NCBI GenBank assembly: GCA_951406725.2
Contig: OX597829.1
Location: 56,606,001 to 56,670,000 of the forward strand
DNA: 64,000 nucleotides
Source: Octopus vulgaris
Lineage: Eukaryota
Reading direction: 5' to 3'
Positions 61,573 through 64,000 of the stretch are shown here, piece by piece. How positions within the stretch are numbered: position 1 is the stretch's first letter; each line of letters starts with the position of its first letter. The notes under the pieces are model-generated. The model had not been told where the DNA came from. It did no database searches and saw only the letters and a program-made list of their open reading frames with translations. A program made the position numbers and the translations under genes.

Positions 61573-63569
61573 TATATATCATCATCATCATCATCACTGT
61601 TTTAACACCTGCTTTCCCATGCTTGCATGTGTCAGATGAGAATACATTGGGACCAGTTTTTTTAAAGCCAAATGCCATTCTTGTTGCTAATACCTACAGA
61701 GTCCAAGTGGGATAGTAATCTTCCAGTCTATCAAACAATAAACAGCCCAAACATGTTTTTCACTGGTAGAACTGGAAACAAGCAACACCATATGTTCACA
61801 AAAATCAGGCAACATTCCAAGAAGCCCTGACACATGTCTTGACATGCAAACAATACCATCAGGATGCTTTTGTTTACTAACCAATAACTGCTTGAGAAGT
61901 ACAAACTCACAATGTATGCATGCACAGATCACATTTTCTAGGGCCATGCTGATGAACAGGTGATCAGCACTATCCTAAAAAGAGTTGCTTTATCAGTCAA
62001 AGTACTACCAAATATAACACCATAGTTTGGAAAAGAAATTGCCAATATCTCAAGGTGCCTATGATTAAGGATCCAGGGTAACTGAGGTACATGTATGTGG
62101 GGGGGGGGGGTCAGAAAGGGAAAGAAGAAAGGGTGTTGGATTGATGGAGAAGCTCTGGAGAGAGGACAATGCGAGGGAATGGTGGATGACTGCAAGCAAG
62201 TGGGTATCCCAAATGGTGACATGAGAGACATAATAGGATAAATGGGTTAAGGAGACAGATAGATTGATGAAGATGGACCAATACACTATCATATGTATGT
62301 CTAGAGAAGGATGGGGATAGGTAGTGTGTTGGGAGGTGGTACGCAAGGTGGCTATTCATAGTTTGCAAGTTTCACACACACACACACATATATATATATA
62401 CATCTCCCATACATACATATGTATACAAATATGCATATACAAAAGTTGTTCATTTGGGAGCGTTGTTGAATTGTCCACATACCTCATACTTTCAAAGATG
62501 AGTGGAATAAAACATCTTTTACAAGCAAGGGTTAGTAACAGGAAGTGCATCTGGCTGTAAAACAATGCCTCGATAATCTATACATCTAACCCATACTAAC
62601 ATAGAAATAGACAAAATAAAGGAAAGATCACACACACACACACACGTGAAGGCACACATATTCACACATGCAACTCAATAATTACTACAAAGTTGGTTTG
62701 TAGGTTGATTTCTCCTGCCACACTTTACATAATATAGAGAGGTGGGAGAGAGTAAAGGAAAGATACAGAGGGAGTTAACAAAGGAGGTTCAGGGTTAATG
62801 CACATACTAAGATTGGTGGCAGACAATGAGTAATGAAATGCCATAGTCAGAAAGATTCATGGAAGAAGAGGAGTAAATGACTAGTTATGGGTGGAGTCAT
62901 ACAAATGAGAAATTTGTTTTGTTTAATTATATTTTAAGGAAATTAAATATTTCTCTTTTGAAAATTATTTTTCATTTCATTTTATAAAAAGTTAAATTGT
63001 AATTATCATAATTATGCCAAGCATCTGATATTAGCTATAGTGGTGAAATTATACTACAAAAGTTCATATGAAGGGTAATGTGTGTGTGAGAGAGGGGGGG
63101 GGGGCAAGACACAGATAGATGTATTTTTATACATCTGCTACTAGTTAACTTTCCTTCTCCTTGGAAACACTTTTTTTTGATAGCCTTTCTTCATTCTTGA
63201 GATTGTTCCTCTCCATTCCTATTTTCCACTAAGCATCACTTTGTCTGCAGCAAGTCATCACTCCCTGTCTCCTAAGCCACTTCTAAGTGACACCCACGCC
63301 TCATTCTTAACATCTCACATCTACTATCAAACTACCTTTGATCTTTGTAGACAAAATCTTGCTCTCCACATTACTCACCAAGTACACCTGAACATCTCCA
63401 CCCCTTTCACCCTTCTACCACAATCCTGCAACCTTTATCCAATCACCCCTATCTACTATACTATTCTGCTGCTCTTCACTTTTACTGCATTGCCATTTAT
63501 CACCTCCTCTCCTCTGAGCTATTCTAACCCTACCACTCATACTTACCATCAACCCTCCAAACCTCCTTT

Positions 63570-63942
63570 TATTTGTTTCAGTCATTTAACTGCAGCCATG
63601 CTGGAGCACTGCCTTTTTAGTCAAACAAATCAACCCCAGGACTTATTCTTTGTAAGTATTCTATCAGTCTCTTTTGCTGAACTGCTAAATTACCAGGACA
63701 TAAACACACCAACATCAGTTGTCAATTGATGGTGGGAGGAGACAAACACAGACACACATAAATAGATATATACATATGGTGGGCTTCTTTCAGTTTCCAT
63801 CAATACTAAATCTACTCACAAGGCTTTGGTCGGCCCAATGCTATAGTAGAAGACATTTGCCCAAGGTGCCACATAGTGGGGCTGAACTTGGAACCATGTG
63901 GTTGGGAAGCAAGCTTCTCACCACACATCCATGCCTGTACCT
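63570..63942 (-). mobile_element. Complete family A SINE
   Basis: Reverse complement of the 26044-26440 family from tail to tRNA head. Confidence 0.85.
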
Positions 63943-64000
63943 ATTGTTCACTTTTCACCCCCTAACCTTTTCCAACCCTACCCTCTCCCCACTTCCTGAC

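Noticed and set aside
63241-63729. 162-aa plus-strand ORF
   Set aside because: Pyrimidine-rich low-complexity sequence running into an antisense SINE; no ATG start or motifs.
53752-64000. Ubinuclein first coding exon and promoter
   Set aside because: No recognisable N-terminal motif, CpG-rich promoter or convincing exon found; probably beyond the window.

Overview
AT-rich, microsatellite-dense eukaryotic DNA. The repeat families suggest an octopus or other coleoid cephalopod (inference, not a database match). One host gene is present: a minus-strand ubinuclein (UBN1/UBN2/Yemanuclein, HIRA-complex H3.3 chaperone). I reconstructed 13 GT-AG coding exons by hand (53751 to 27587, phase-consistent, about 1397 aa); I did not find the 5' exon(s), which probably lie beyond the window. 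The rest is transposon-derived: a near full-length RTE LINE (APE + RT, with a PHD-type finger inside the RT) and many 3' fragments of it, two CR1-type LINE families, Penelope-like elements, mariners, Helitron pieces, piggyBac and hAT MITEs, and three tRNA-derived SINE families. Highlights: (1) two minimal type-I hammerhead ribozymes with non-canonical cores (U3-A8 and C4) in Penelope-type termini, plus decayed ones; (2) the PHD finger inside the RTE RT; (3) a covarying 3' hairpin shared by a CR1-type LINE and a SINE; (4) a conserved ubinuclein segment that seems absent, and an in-frame alternative donor that would remove an NLS-like stretch; (5) a near-perfect 280-bp fold-back and other local copies bounded by (TA)n. 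Most short ORFs in the track are microsatellite or antisense artefacts.
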